From Girardia tigrina (Eukaryota), in the NCBI GenBank assembly GCA_001938485.1, contig MQRK01170126.1, positions 1 to 52,070 of the forward strand: a stretch of 52,070 nucleotides of DNA, given 5' to 3'. The position numbers and the translations under genes were made by a program. Below are positions 36,763 to 48,610 of the stretch, piece after piece. The notes beneath the pieces are model-generated. The model searched no databases. It was not told the DNA's origin and saw only the letters and a list, made by a program, of their open reading frames with translations. The stretch's first letter is position 1. Each line of letters starts with the position of its first letter.

Positions 36763-37184
36763 GCACCTCAACTCCTGTCGAGTATTAAGCCTGAGGCTTT
36801 ATAGGAGGCCTGGGACGCTGATGGTTCTCAACAAGCACTAACCCAATGTTGGGGTCGAGCATGCTTTAGTTTCGCCTGTCCGAAGATGCAACGACGTCAT
36901 TACAACACCCTTCACCGGGATTTATTCATCCCAGATCATGAAGATGCAATCCAACCATCGACAGCGAGGTCACTACTCCCCACTGCCTTCACACCCAGAT
37001 TGTAAAGCGAAGCCTAGTGAATGGATTGCTGGCCCATTCCTGAATACGATACATTGCCGGCTGTTTCCTCAATGAAAGGCTAGCTTTCGGGCACTTTAGC
37101 CTAGAGACGGAATCAAACTCTTCATCTAGTTTCTCAGGGATACTACGTAGAAGTATGCCCACTGGCCGCACAGATGATCCCTGT
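36763..37184 (-). mobile_element. 422-bp GC-rich non-autonomous retroposon (RTE-like 5' UTR) with a 10-bp TSD
   Basis: Direct repeat ttacataagt at 36753-36762 and 37185-37194; abrupt GC step; no TIRs; HDV-like fold at the 5' end. Confidence 0.7.
37089..37183 (-). ncRNA. HDV-like self-cleaving ribozyme (candidate)
   Basis: Minus strand: P1 CAGGGAT/ATCCCTG, P2 GGGCAT/GTGCCC, P3 ACT/AGT, L3 TCTACGT, P1.1 CT/AG, P4 CTAGA/TCTAG, J4/2 GCTAAA (putative catalytic C at 37099). All elements occur in canonical nested double-pseudoknot order. Confidence 0.75.
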
Positions 37185-37499
37185 TTACATAAGTAATTAC
37201 ATAATCACCATTAAACAGATAGTATCAGGAATATCTTGTGATAACGGATATTCAGTCATAATATATGGCCTTAGTAAAATTTATAAATAAATTTAATTTA
37301 TAAAAAACACTTGCCTTTTTAAAACACTGATTTTTTTATTCTTATTTTTATTTATTTTATTTTATAATTTTTATCATTATATTATCCAATTAATAAAATA
37401 TTAAAAAAATTAATTAAAGAAATATGTATCTTCATATTGTAGTACAGAGTAGATAAAGATCGTTTTAATAAGTTCCCTACTCTTCTATGAATTCTTTTT

Positions 37500-39290
37500 T
37501 AGATTAGTTTCGAGCTCCTGCTACCTACGCCCAATACGAGTGCATTGTACATCAAATCTACAAAATTACAGTCACTCAAATATCAAAAAATTCGTACGGA
37601 AAAACAACAAAAGAAAATCAATTTTAAAACTATTATTTAAACATCAATAATTACATTTAATATTTTTTTCTAAACAAAACAAATTTATTAGAATTTTTTA
37701 ATATTTATGTATAAAATTAATAAAAAGATTATATTTTGTTTAGTTTATCAAATATTTTTATTATGATTTATGAAAATGTATTATCAACTTTTTTTAAATA
37801 AAATTTAAATATTTTAAAAATTTCTTTAAAAACTGAATAAAGTGCAAGAAGCTATTACCTTTTTTTAATTGTAAATATTTACATACATTTCGTTGCCTTA
37901 AAACCAGAGGTAAACTGAATTGTAACTTAGGAGAGTAGGATTATAGGATTATGAGTCTATGAAATATGAGTCGGTCACACATCCGCATTTGTATTCACTC
38001 TATAGAAAACGTAACTCTATTTTTTATAAAAAATATGTTTATGAAACTGAATATTGAACTAATTTTAAGATAGCTTTGATTTTAGGTGGGAGTTAACTGC
38101 ACTTTTAGCTTCTGTTCGTAGCCCAAAAGGACATTTAAAAAAATTATTTGGAAAGGGATACTTATGGATATGCTCACCTTCATTGATGAATCCTATCAAA
38201 GCAACCGAACGAAGTAACTCCATTTCCTTAGACAGTATGATCATTGAAGATTCGTCGAGCAAAGTCGATATGAAAGTGTCTGGAATGTTCTGTAATATTT
38301 TCTTATTTTCTTATTAAAAATAATTTTATTACCATTAATAAATATAAAACATATGATTTTAATAATATTTAGTTTTCGCTTGTCTCAATCATTATTCTAT
38401 TTATAAAAAGAAAGCCGAATTTGTCAGAAAATTATGGCAAAAATCATTAATAAAATTGATTCATTACTTTGAAGAAACTTTTCCTCCCAACAAAACTGAC
38501 TTAATGAATCGGATTCTACCAAAGAATATCTGTTCTCAAAACAATTCGGTATGGAATTGGGGTCAGAGATTATACCAGTAAATTTTAATTGAGCATTTAT
38601 GTTTTTGGAAAATAAAATGATTAATGTATATGATATATTTATTACTATAGCTGGCAACAGGATAATAATTTCTAGGGAAACTTCTTAGGAAAACTTTTAA
38701 CCGTCAAATACTTTTGCCGAACCAATAGAAACAGGGATAAATTTTTATTTGTAGTTGGAAAATCAGACTCCTGGAGTAGAGGGAGCTGTAACGTATTGCT
38801 TATCAATATTATAGATTTAAAAAAATAGGTATCTAAACTATTATGAAGCACAACACTGTACAACTTTAATATTGTAAAAAATAAAAGATTCACTTCTTTA
38901 TATTTTTATTATGATGAATTTTTTAACTATAAAGCGAAATTGAGCTAAACAAGTTTACCAAACGGAAAGTGGTTTGATGAACTTGTCCAGGGTTATGTAT
39001 AGAGAAATGACAAAATAAATCGACAACCAGAACGGAAACTATTATTTCGAATTCAAACTGATAACCGTATAGCTCGACAAAAATTACTCCCTAGAATACA
39101 CAGATTGTTAACGATAAATCAGTCAATGAAGATAGGGATATTTTTCGGCAAAACTGGAATGTCTTCTGTTAATAGATAGAAAATGATTAATATTCGCCAA
39201 TATTCGGTTGATGAATTGTAAATAAGTGGACGGCAAATAATGTTATTTCCTTCTGATAATTCCTTAGTTAGCGATAAGTAATTGTAATTA
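37500..39290 (-). mobile_element. Old, decayed Ty3/gypsy-type pol (protease-RT-RNase H)
   Basis: FIVNNLCILGSNFVELYG (about 39065-39120, protease ILGxDF), LLDES..ILSK...EHIHKYPF...KCPFGLR (38115-38270; cf. EDIHKTAF..MPFGLR), LMYNALVLGVGS (about 37519-37555; cf. LTTDASxxGIGA), in the expected order. Confidence 0.5.
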
Positions 39291-40483
39291 ATATTTATTT
39301 GTGCATTGATTTCAATTTTTATCTAAATTCATAATTGAAATTCCTATACTAAATATAATTATCTTTTCTTCCTCTCCTTTTTCTTCTTTATAAATAAAAT
39401 TGATCTTCTTTTCCTTTTCTTAAATAATTTCTTGGGAACAAAATAAAAATAAAAATGTATATTTACAGTAAGCATAATATACGACACATTCCATAACATA
39501 TAAAAATTAAAAAAATGTGCATTTACAAATATCATATAAAAGGGAAGGATAGGTATCTAATTATTTCACATCTTTCCTAATTTTCATGATAATCAGACAT
39601 ATTGTTGCTATTTTTTTAAATTTCATTCTTATAAAAGGTGTACCAAAGTTTTTGAAAACATTAAGAAAAAAATAAAAATAAGAAAAAAAATTAAGAAAAG
39701 AAAATAACAATGAAAGATAAATAATTTATTTGCATACCGTGATTATAATGCGTGGTTAAAAAAACGCAAGTCAAAAAACTTGTCAACATTGAGGCTGGAC
39801 ATTTTGTTGACAAATCAAAGTCGTTAAAAGAAGGTGTTCTCTCTTTAATTTATGTTATCATTAAATTAAATTGTTTCTTTCAAGATTTAGAAATTAGCAA
39901 TTAAATAATAAGTGCATTTAATTTCAAATCGAGTACTCAGTTAACGGTGTCTACCAATACTAAAAAGTTGATTTTCTGTCTGTCCTTTTCCAATTATCAC
40001 CGTCATGAGATCCGACGGACCCTTAAGACGATATTTTTTAAGTATTACTTTCCTGTTAAAAGTTGAAACGGTAAAAAGTGCTTGAGGTTAATCCATGTCG
40101 TCAGAATCACGACATATCTGAAAATAAATAAATTTGTCGGATTGATGATTGCATAGATTCCGGTAATACTTTTAAATGTTTTAGGCCTATTTCGTGCGTA
40201 TACGCGTTATTAGAGTGCAAATCGAACCCCAGAATTTGTTACATCTTTCAGTTTTGTTACATTTTCACATTTCAAAAACACAAATAGAGTAATGTTTTGT
40301 AGATCTTTAGATAGACAAAATATATATGAATAGAGTTTAAAATATTAGGGAAATAGAAAACAGATTTTACGAATATTTGTTTCATAACTTAATTGTTCTA
40401 CATTAATTAATAGAAATTTGTATTGTTACGAAATAGAATAGCACATTTTTATTAAAGAAAAAAATTGATATTAAAATTTTATA

Positions 40484-41214
40484 TTGGGTTGACCAAAAAG
40501 TCATTGCGTTTTTTACTAAAATATTTATTATCAAAAAATTACATGGATGCACAAATATTTTTACATGATATACGGTCTATTATTTTCAATCACTTTCTTC
40601 CGCCTTTCCGGTAGCTTCATTATTCCTGATTCATAAAAACCTTTGGCTTTGTCAGCAAAAAAGCCGTCTAGGAAAGATTTGGTGTCATCATCACTGGCGA
40701 ATGTTTTTCTGTTTAAGGAATTCTGCAGTGATCTAAATAAGTGAAAATCCGATGGGGCCAAGTCTGGGAGAATACGGTGGTTGCGGCAAAACTTCCCAAC
40801 CCAGTGATAAGAGTTTCTGGCGAGTGGTCAAACTTGTTTGCGGTCTTGCGTTATCATGCTGAATTACTACTCCTTTTCGATTTGCCAATTCAGGACGTTC
40901 CTGTTGAATTGAATGAGCCAATTTCTCCAGCTGACCACAATATCTGTCTGAATTGATGGTTTCATTCCTCAGAAGGAGTTCAAAAAACACAATTTCTTTA
41001 AAATCCCACCAGACGGAAAGCATAACCTTCTTTTGGTGAATTTCTGCTTTTGGGATCGTTTTGGCAGGCTCACCACGTTTTGTCCACGATCGTCGGCCTT
41101 CCACATTGTTGTAAACAATACATTTTTCGTCACCCGTAATCAAGCGCTTCAAAAATGGATCACTTTGTTCTCGCTTCAAAAGGGAATCGCAAATTGTTAA
41201 ATTTTGTCAAATGC
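40484..41214 (-). mobile_element. 3' half of the mellifera-like mariner with DD34D catalytic domain (frameshifted)
   Basis: TA|ttgggttgaccaaaaagtcattgcg TIR; ITGDEK, HDNARP, PPYSP/(D)LAPSDFHLFRSLQNSL (ORFs 40733-41179 and 40561-40761). The 3' end is near-identical to 5619-5875. Confidence 0.95.
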
Positions 41215-41479
41215 AACATATGAAATATGCGACTGATTTAAATTGTTCTATCAGACCCATATCGAAGCAGTCAAAAATAAAGTTGACATTATTTAATTCT
41301 AGCAAGATGTTCAATTCAATTTATCTGTTGACAATGTTAGAGGAGAGAGAGTGAATCTCGCCAAATGGCACTGAATACGTGGATTTTAATTTATAATACA
41401 ACATATTAAAACTAAAAATATCTTTAAATTTCTAAACTGATATTATTTAGAAATATATATTTAATGGGTGAAATGTCAT

Positions 41480-41900
41480 TAACATTTTAGTTAGCAAATT
41501 CAATAAAATGGTCTAAAAAAGAGTAAAAGTAATTTAAAGGGTAATAGTAAATTTTGTAAAGTGATAATTTTAGGATTGTCTTAGTATTGAATTATTAATG
41601 CAAGAGAAGTTTCATTTAAGCATTATTTTTCAAGTCAGGTTATCCTAAAATCATTGTTTAAAATGCAATTTCTAGCAGGTTATGATTCTTAATTAGCATT
41701 TATATGCAGTTAAAAGAAAATATGAGCAATTTTATAATAAGGGTCGATTCTTCGATATGTATTGTGAAGTAAAAGTACAATTTAAATCGGATCAGTTTTA
41801 TTTATTTATATATAATCAAATTTAAATCTTAAGCCTAATCATAACTTGTGGTTGCATTCTGCTGAAAACTCAGATGAGACGTTTTCGAAACAGTTATTTA
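41480..41900 (+). mobile_element. Decayed Penelope fragment with degenerate hammerhead
   Basis: KSGYPKIIV (41632-41658; NGYP motif); CTGcTGA-AAAC...GTTTT-C-GAAAC at 41859-41891. Confidence 0.45.
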
Positions 41901-43007
41901 ATATAAACAATACAACATAATTTATAAACCAATAATATCAAATTAAATTGAAAATATAAAAATATAATTTAACTAAATGTAAATTATATAATTTTTGAAA
42001 TCTTGTATTTTAATTTTTAAAAACTATAATAAGTTATTGAAATCACTTTTTAAATATTTTTATATTTTTTATTTAACATAACTTAATATTTAATTTTGTA
42101 TTTTTAACATTGTATTAATTTGGAAAAAATGTTTTGTTAGATTTTAATTCAAAAATTGAGAAGAGTTTCCCACACTCTCAGTTACAATAACTTCCATGAC
42201 AAGAATGCATCAGAAAATAATTCATGTAGTAGATACTCCTGCTTATTAATGAGTTTGGCGTTAATTTAGATTATATGATATCTTTTCAATAAATAAATGT
42301 ATATAAATTTCATAACAATTTTCTTAGATTTATTCAGATTTCCGTTTTAATAAAAAATTCAAATAAGTGTTAATTAATTTAAAGAAAATTGTTTAAAAAA
42401 ATGTTGAAATATTGAGATTTCTAAAATCCAAGGAAAAGTATTTGTTTGAAAATAAATTAAAATTTTATCAAAAATTAATTAATTAAATCAGAAAATTTGA
42501 GAAAAGAAATTAATATATGCTTATCAAAACTGTTCTCAAGTAGCTGAAAGAAAAAATCTCCAAGAAAAAATGTTACTTATCCTTCAGATTAATTTAAGGA
42601 AATATTGTAACAAATGCCTACGGTAATTATATATTCTTAATCCTACTTCAAATGTTTTGATATTTAATTGCAAAATATTTGTTTTTTATGAAAATTATTT
42701 CATGATTTTTAAATTTGTTTAATATGATGCTGAAATTCAAGTAGCCTGATAATTAGTCTTTTGTATTAATAATAAAGACACTCTTGATTTAAGGAATAAT
42801 AAATTGCTTTCATTATCAATATGATGAAAATTTATTCCACTCCCTTTTAAGATTGTGAGACCACTCTAACTTGGTGATATGACTCTTTTTATTCACATTA
42901 TCAATATTTTCATTAACATGAATACACTTATTAATAACATAAACGTAAATTCTTTAACAACAACTCTCAGTTCAAATTTCAAGATGTGTCATTTTCGCTT
43001 ATTTATA

Positions 43008-43641
43008 TTAGGTCGGGAAGTATGAAATTTGTAGAATTAAAGTCAAAGATTATTAATAATTTACATAACGAATTATTATGTCATGCATAAGATCAGGTAC
43101 CCATACCCAAGAGCGGCTGCTTGTTGAAGCCATTTCAAAAAATATTTGGTGGACGAAAATCTTTAAATTCTTCAAAACCATTTTTTCGACATCTTCGAAA
43201 TTGAATCTTTTTTCCTATATAAAGTTTTTCAAATGGAGCATGATACAAAAGATACAACTAAAGTTCCCGTTGTTCTGTCCCGGTCTTAAGTGCAGTATCT
43301 GATTTTGGATTGTGGTGGATCAAGATGTGAGTTAAATTTTTTTACAAAGTTCGGCTGTTTTTCTTTGAGTTTTCGCATCATATTTTCCAAGGGATTGCAG
43401 TAGACATCTGCCGTCATCGACGAAACAGGTTTAAAGAAGTAATAATATATTAAACCTGTAGCAGACCACCAAACCCTCACCGTCATTTTCTTTTGATGAA
43501 TGTTGTACATTGAACTGTGCTTTCGTGCTTCATTCATATTGCAGTAAAACAAAAAACTGAAAAAAATGTTAAATCATTGTTAAATATACTTATTTAAATT
43601 AATTGTAATCATGCCTACAAATTTTATACTTGACAATCTAA
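43008..43641 (-). mobile_element. mariner (cecropia-like), both TIRs present, large internal deletions
   Basis: TA|ttaggtcgggaagtatgaaatttgtag ... ctacaaattttatacttgacaatctaa|TA; IHQKKMTVRVWWSATGLIYYYF..MTADVYCN.LENM (43286-43552). Confidence 0.9.
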
Positions 43642-43769
43642 TAATATTAACATTTATATTATCTCAACTTATTTCAATCGCTTCGACAGAACCAGTTTCC
43701 CAAAAAGGAAGATAATCCACACAGATAAAATACTAAAACATAAAAACATAAAATAATTCATAAAGTTGC

Positions 43770-44335
43770 TCGAATCCAACTATTAACATTGGAAATTAAA
43801 AAAAGTTCTGTACTTTTTAGGAATTCAGAAATGTTTTGGCAATTTTGTGAAAGAATTTTAAAATTATTTAAAGTTACTTTCACTTTCCTTACGACTGTGT
43901 TCCTGGATTCTCTTACAGAAATGACGCAAAGTCACTCCAATGTATGTGGCATTATATTCATTACATGTATATTGTTAAATGAAATCCTAACACAATCCTA
44001 ACGGCGTTGGAGATTTATTACTTAACATACTTTCAAATTTTTGGGTACGGAAAATTATTTTTAAAGTTATTGTGTCATCTACTGCTTTTAAAATAGAATT
44101 TAAAATTTTTTAAAACCTTCTGAATAAAGTACGGTTAAATCATATCCAAGTTCTAAACTACTTTTATTAGTATTACAAGATTGATCTTGATCTTGAGCAT
44201 CTGTAAGATTATTGTTATTACTTTTTTTCAATTAATTTTTCAATAGTTTCTTTCGTTAGTTTATCAACTATTGATTTTGGAAATCCATTATCATATAATT
44301 TTGTTAATTTATTAAGAATTTCATCACAACAAAAA
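43770..44335 (-). mobile_element. Penelope-like element 3' part: RT C-terminus plus GIY-YIG endonuclease
   Basis: LYDNGFPKSIVDK (NGYP-like, 44278-44289), then QYTCNEYNATYIGVTLRHFCKRIQEH (43897-43974) and NNFKIL; contains internal stops. Confidence 0.85.
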
Positions 44336-45085
44336 AATAAAAAATACAAACTATTAACAGCGAAATTCTGACCACATCACAACTAGAATCTCCAAACAAA
44401 ACGGTGTGTGTTCTGTGACGTTATTACAGAGGGTTTTATTGGGGTTTTTAAATGATTTACTGATGACGTATTGATTGCATTATCATTACCGGCTGTTTGA
44501 TGCTGAGTGAGGGTCTGGGTGGCAGATGCCAGCCTGGGAATGGCGGTCCGACAGGATCCGAGTGGAGTGGAGACTATTGCCGACGCATTCGGTGAGAGAG
44601 GCACTGGCAACGACGATTCCAACGGGAAATTCTAGACCGTATTTTCTATATTCGATTGTCAAATCTTTCATTAATTCAATCATATTTAAATTTATGTCGA
44701 TTATTTCCCGCGAATTTTCAAAATTCAAATTTAAATTCAAGTTGTATCTGTGCTACAAGAAAGTAATCGATAGATAAAAAATCTGTTTTAATCGACGAAT
44801 TTGTGCATCCGTTCTGTTATTTCAAGAATGCAACAACAAGAAAGAGAAATGGCAGCTCGTATCACTCAACAAAAACAAATGATGCAAATAAAACAATATC
44901 AACAACAATTTCCATATTCTATGCAGCATCAACATCAACCGACCATGCAAACTGTAGAAACGTCAAATATGAATCACCAATTTCCTCACAATATCTCTCA
45001 GTTTACAGCTTCTCAAAATGAACAAGGAATTAATATGGAATCATATGGTATTTATCCACTGCCAACTCAATATCTACAAAATTAG

Positions 45086-45580
45086 AAGCCCAAAGATCCG
45101 AATAATCCTACAAACACTCAAGGTTCATGGTACAATAAATACAATGAGAATTGTTGGGTCTACTTTGACAGATTGAGATACGAATATTCCGAGGGATATA
45201 TCACTTGTGTTTTCTCTCAATATGGAGAAACCGCCAATTTGAATCGCATTCGCGACCGACACACCAGTCGATCGAAGGGATTTTGTTTCATTTGCAAACT
45301 ATTAAATAACAAACTACCGGCTCTCGATAAAGATGAGAAGGACGTGTAGAAGATGTTCTATGAGCATGGATGAGGACCCGAACACGATGAAATGTTAAAA
45401 CAATTACAAATTGAATCGGGTGAAATCAAATGGCGATTGGATTTGGAGGTCGATAAGTTCCAATTGAAGAAGAAAGAGCAGGGTGAGCTTCGATTATTTT
45501 CCCCCCGCAGTCCACCCCCCAACTCTGGGACGCCGCCACCGCGCTGCGCCCGCTCTACCACCAACACCGGCAGTATATAA
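45086..45580 (+). pseudogene. RBMX2: Intronless disabled RBMX2/Snu17(Ist3)-like RRM fragment, in frame with an upstream Q-rich ORF (44801-45085)
   Basis: 45125-45295 translates to [57 protein letters not shown], versus remembered human RBMX2 [57 protein letters not shown]. The RRM C-terminal part is deleted; in-frame stops at 45083, 45347 and 45371. Confidence 0.8.
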
Positions 45581-45702
45581 GTACCTTTTTTAAAAAAATC
45601 AGTTGTCCTAAAGATGACGATTAATCCGTCGAAATTAATAAAAAATTTTAATTAGCTTTCCAATTTTGATTTTAATGAATTGCCAATTTTTAAAAATTTA
45701 TT

Positions 45703-45747
<45 letters not shown>
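45570..45747 (+). mobile_element. Penelope pLTR-like end: TATATAA, degenerate hammerhead, AATAAA, then (TA)n
   Basis: tatataag at 45574; CTaAAGA-T-GACG-attaatc-CGTC-GAAA at 45608-45634; aataaa immediately after; (TA)n at 45707-45747. Confidence 0.55.
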
Positions 45748-45749
<2 letters not shown>

Positions 45750-48142
45750 GAAGAAAATGTAAAAATAGAAAATTGGATGTACATAATATGATAATATTTG
45801 TGAATGTTAATCAGCTCTCAGAGGAATATTAATAAGAAAGAATTACGTGTATTAAAAACTTTTCTGAGTCTGAAAAAAACTCGAAAATAAGTCAGCCAGC
45901 AAAAAGAAATATGTATTATTCAAAAATACAAAAATAGAAAGTATAATTCGAAACAATATTCTTTCATTCACTGAAATAATGTCTATGTCCACTTAGATAT
46001 TAATTAACAATGATTATGAATATCAAATTATTTTTTAACATCATTTGTCGAGTTAAATATTATTTTAAAATAAAGATTCATTTTTAAACATTAGAAAAAT
46101 CTTCATTTATTAAACAAAATTTGATCTTTAGTGATGAGATATTTCTTGGAAAATAATTTATGAAATTTGAAATTCTTTTTAAAAAAATAATTGATATTCT
46201 TATTTAATAAAAAACGTAAATAAATTCGTTTGTCATTAATGTGTAACATAATTATTGCATATTTCGAATATCGGTGTATGATGTCCATTATTCATAGTTC
46301 CAAGGGTCAATTTATCCTTCCCTAAATTCAGACGCTTTTTCTACATATTGTTGTACTTAGTTTAGAGCTTATTGCGGTTTTTAAACTAAATTTAATATTA
46401 CAAAAATAATAACAGCATTTAACAAAAACATCTTTAAATGATTATTTTTGAACACATTTACAATCTACTTCAATTATTGCTTCCTGTTTACCTGGCAAGT
46501 CAACGTGTCGGCCAGTCAATTCAATACATAAAGGAGTTGCTATTCTCGGAGACAAACTACACCAACAAGCTCTAAAGAACTAAGGAACATGATTGTTGGA
46601 ACGATAGAAGAATATAACGGTTTAGAAAGCAAATTTCAACTCATATGAACGAAAGATTGTACGACACGACTCTAAAAATTGTGATTCAAAATGATATCAT
46701 TCGGTTTGCGTGATCTTTTAATCTATTAGGTTGAGGAATATGTTCCCGCCGTTTTTAGGTTGGAACTTATTCTTCAACCCAATAAGTTGTTGCATGAATA
46801 TAATTAAATTGAGCTACTCAGACATTGTTTTTATATTATATTACTTTTTATTGTTTGAGTTGCATCAGTAGATTATCAAATTATAGATTTAAGTAAAATT
46901 AAATATTACTTTTAGTTTAAGAACATAAAAAATTAAAGAAAGATAAGTAGGATTTTAAAATAAAGATTAATAGACATAAATCTTTTTATTTTAAGATTAG
47001 AATTAATTAGAATAAAATTAAAGATTATTGAAATAATTTAAATCGGCGAATCGATTGTTAATTTAGTAAAATAAATATAAAATTAATTCGAATTTTATTT
47101 TCCTTATATTTTTAATTCTTTATTAATGAATTCTGAGATTCATAGTAACAAACAATTTCTATTATTTTTCTTAAATTAAAGATTTGCAAATTATTTTTAA
47201 TATTTTTAATTTTTTGTTTTTGCTAACAGAAAAGAATACATTAAAAATATATCTTCAAATAAAATAATATATTAATTTCGTTTTAATTTACGAAATAAAA
47301 GTCTATTGATTTAAACAAAAAATCTTCATTTCATCATCGTTATTTACGCACTAATAATTTGCTGCAACGGATGACTGATTCGTTAATTACGCTTATTTGC
47401 TAATACTCTTCCCGGATTAGCCGACATTTGACGTGTCGTGCAACAAATGTTTCTTCATGTCCGATATTTTATTTTCTTTAATTTTTTTATTGTCGATTCT
47501 GAAAAAAAACGAATTTCTGCTGAAATATGCTTTATTACTTAAATTTTTAATAAAAACAATGTATAAATATGCAAATATTTGAAAATTGATATACAGTGTT
47601 TATTGATTTTTAATATCCTTTTGTTGTATGAATATAGTTATCTCTTACTTTAATGAAAAAAATGTAAAAATAATGTAAATATAAATAAAAATTTGGGAAT
47701 TAAATATAAATTCCTTATTATATGTATGAGGGGTTAATTTTAAATTTTTATCTCGCCAGAATAGTTTATTATTTTTTAATTTAAAGGGTAAAATATTTTT
47801 ATGTTAATTTGCTTATTAAATATTTTAAAAAATTAAAAATTATATAATAAAAGAAAANNNNNNNNNNNNNNNNNNNNNNNNNNNNNNNNNNNNNNNNNNN
47901 NNNNNNNTAAGCAATTTTAAAAATTGATTTTGAAAATAAAGTTTAAATAAGTTTTTGAAATAAATTTTCGAAATAAATTTTCAGGATTTTAAAAATTAAA
48001 TCGAAAAGAATTTAATAGATTAATTTCTGTCGAGATAATTAAATTAAATTAACAGGAAAATTTGTTTTAGAAATGTGAATTGTTATATTAATAAATTTTG
48101 GTGTTTTAAAAAAAATGAATTCTGCAACCACTTCTCACAATA

Positions 48143-48607
48143 TGTGTTAAGAGAACTCGCACATTTGACAGAACATTTATTACATTCACATTTCTTATCA
48201 TCTTTATGATGATCAATAGTATTACTTTCACTTAGATCCATCAATCAATTTTCAATATCTCCCATTATAATCTGAACTATACTTGAGAAGATTATTTTAT
48301 TTAAAAATATTTAATTTAAATTTNATTGGCTGAAATAAAATATTTTTATAGTCATTTTTAAACATTAATTTGATTTTAATTATTTAAAAATTTACAAAAA
48401 TAAAATCATTAAAATTATTTAAAAGTTGCAATAATAAAAATTAAAAATTTGAATATTAAATCTAAATTTGAATAAATTAGTTTCAGATAATAATTATTAA
48501 AATATTGATCATCCATCTGGTTAGGAGAGGCACAATCCCAAATCACACACAACATTTAAACATGCAAAAACTACACAAAAACATCCACACACCAAATATT
48601 CCTCACA
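48143..48607 (-). repeat. Inverted copy of the 6581-7015 solo-LTR-like repeat
   Basis: Minus strand TGTGAGGAATA...CTCTTAACACA aligns with 6581-7015. Confidence 0.75.
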
Positions 48608-48610
48608 ATA

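Noticed and set aside
37843-38660. Plus-strand four-exon gene with phase-consistent GT-AG introns
   Set aside because: It runs into stops after 38650, has no recognisable homology, and overlaps ordered gypsy pol motifs on the minus strand. Not fully excluded without RNA-seq.
7071-45580. Stop-codon reassignment suggested by protein-like frames with isolated TAG/TGA/TAA (7071-7660, 38650-39280, 45083-45373)
   Set aside because: These regions are, or probably are, decayed elements and a pseudogene with other disabling changes, and several frames read equally protein-like. No intact conserved gene is available to test it.
46487-46500. ttacctggc, resembling the U1 snRNA 5' end
   Set aside because: Lacks the ATAC start, stem-loop I sequence and Sm site.
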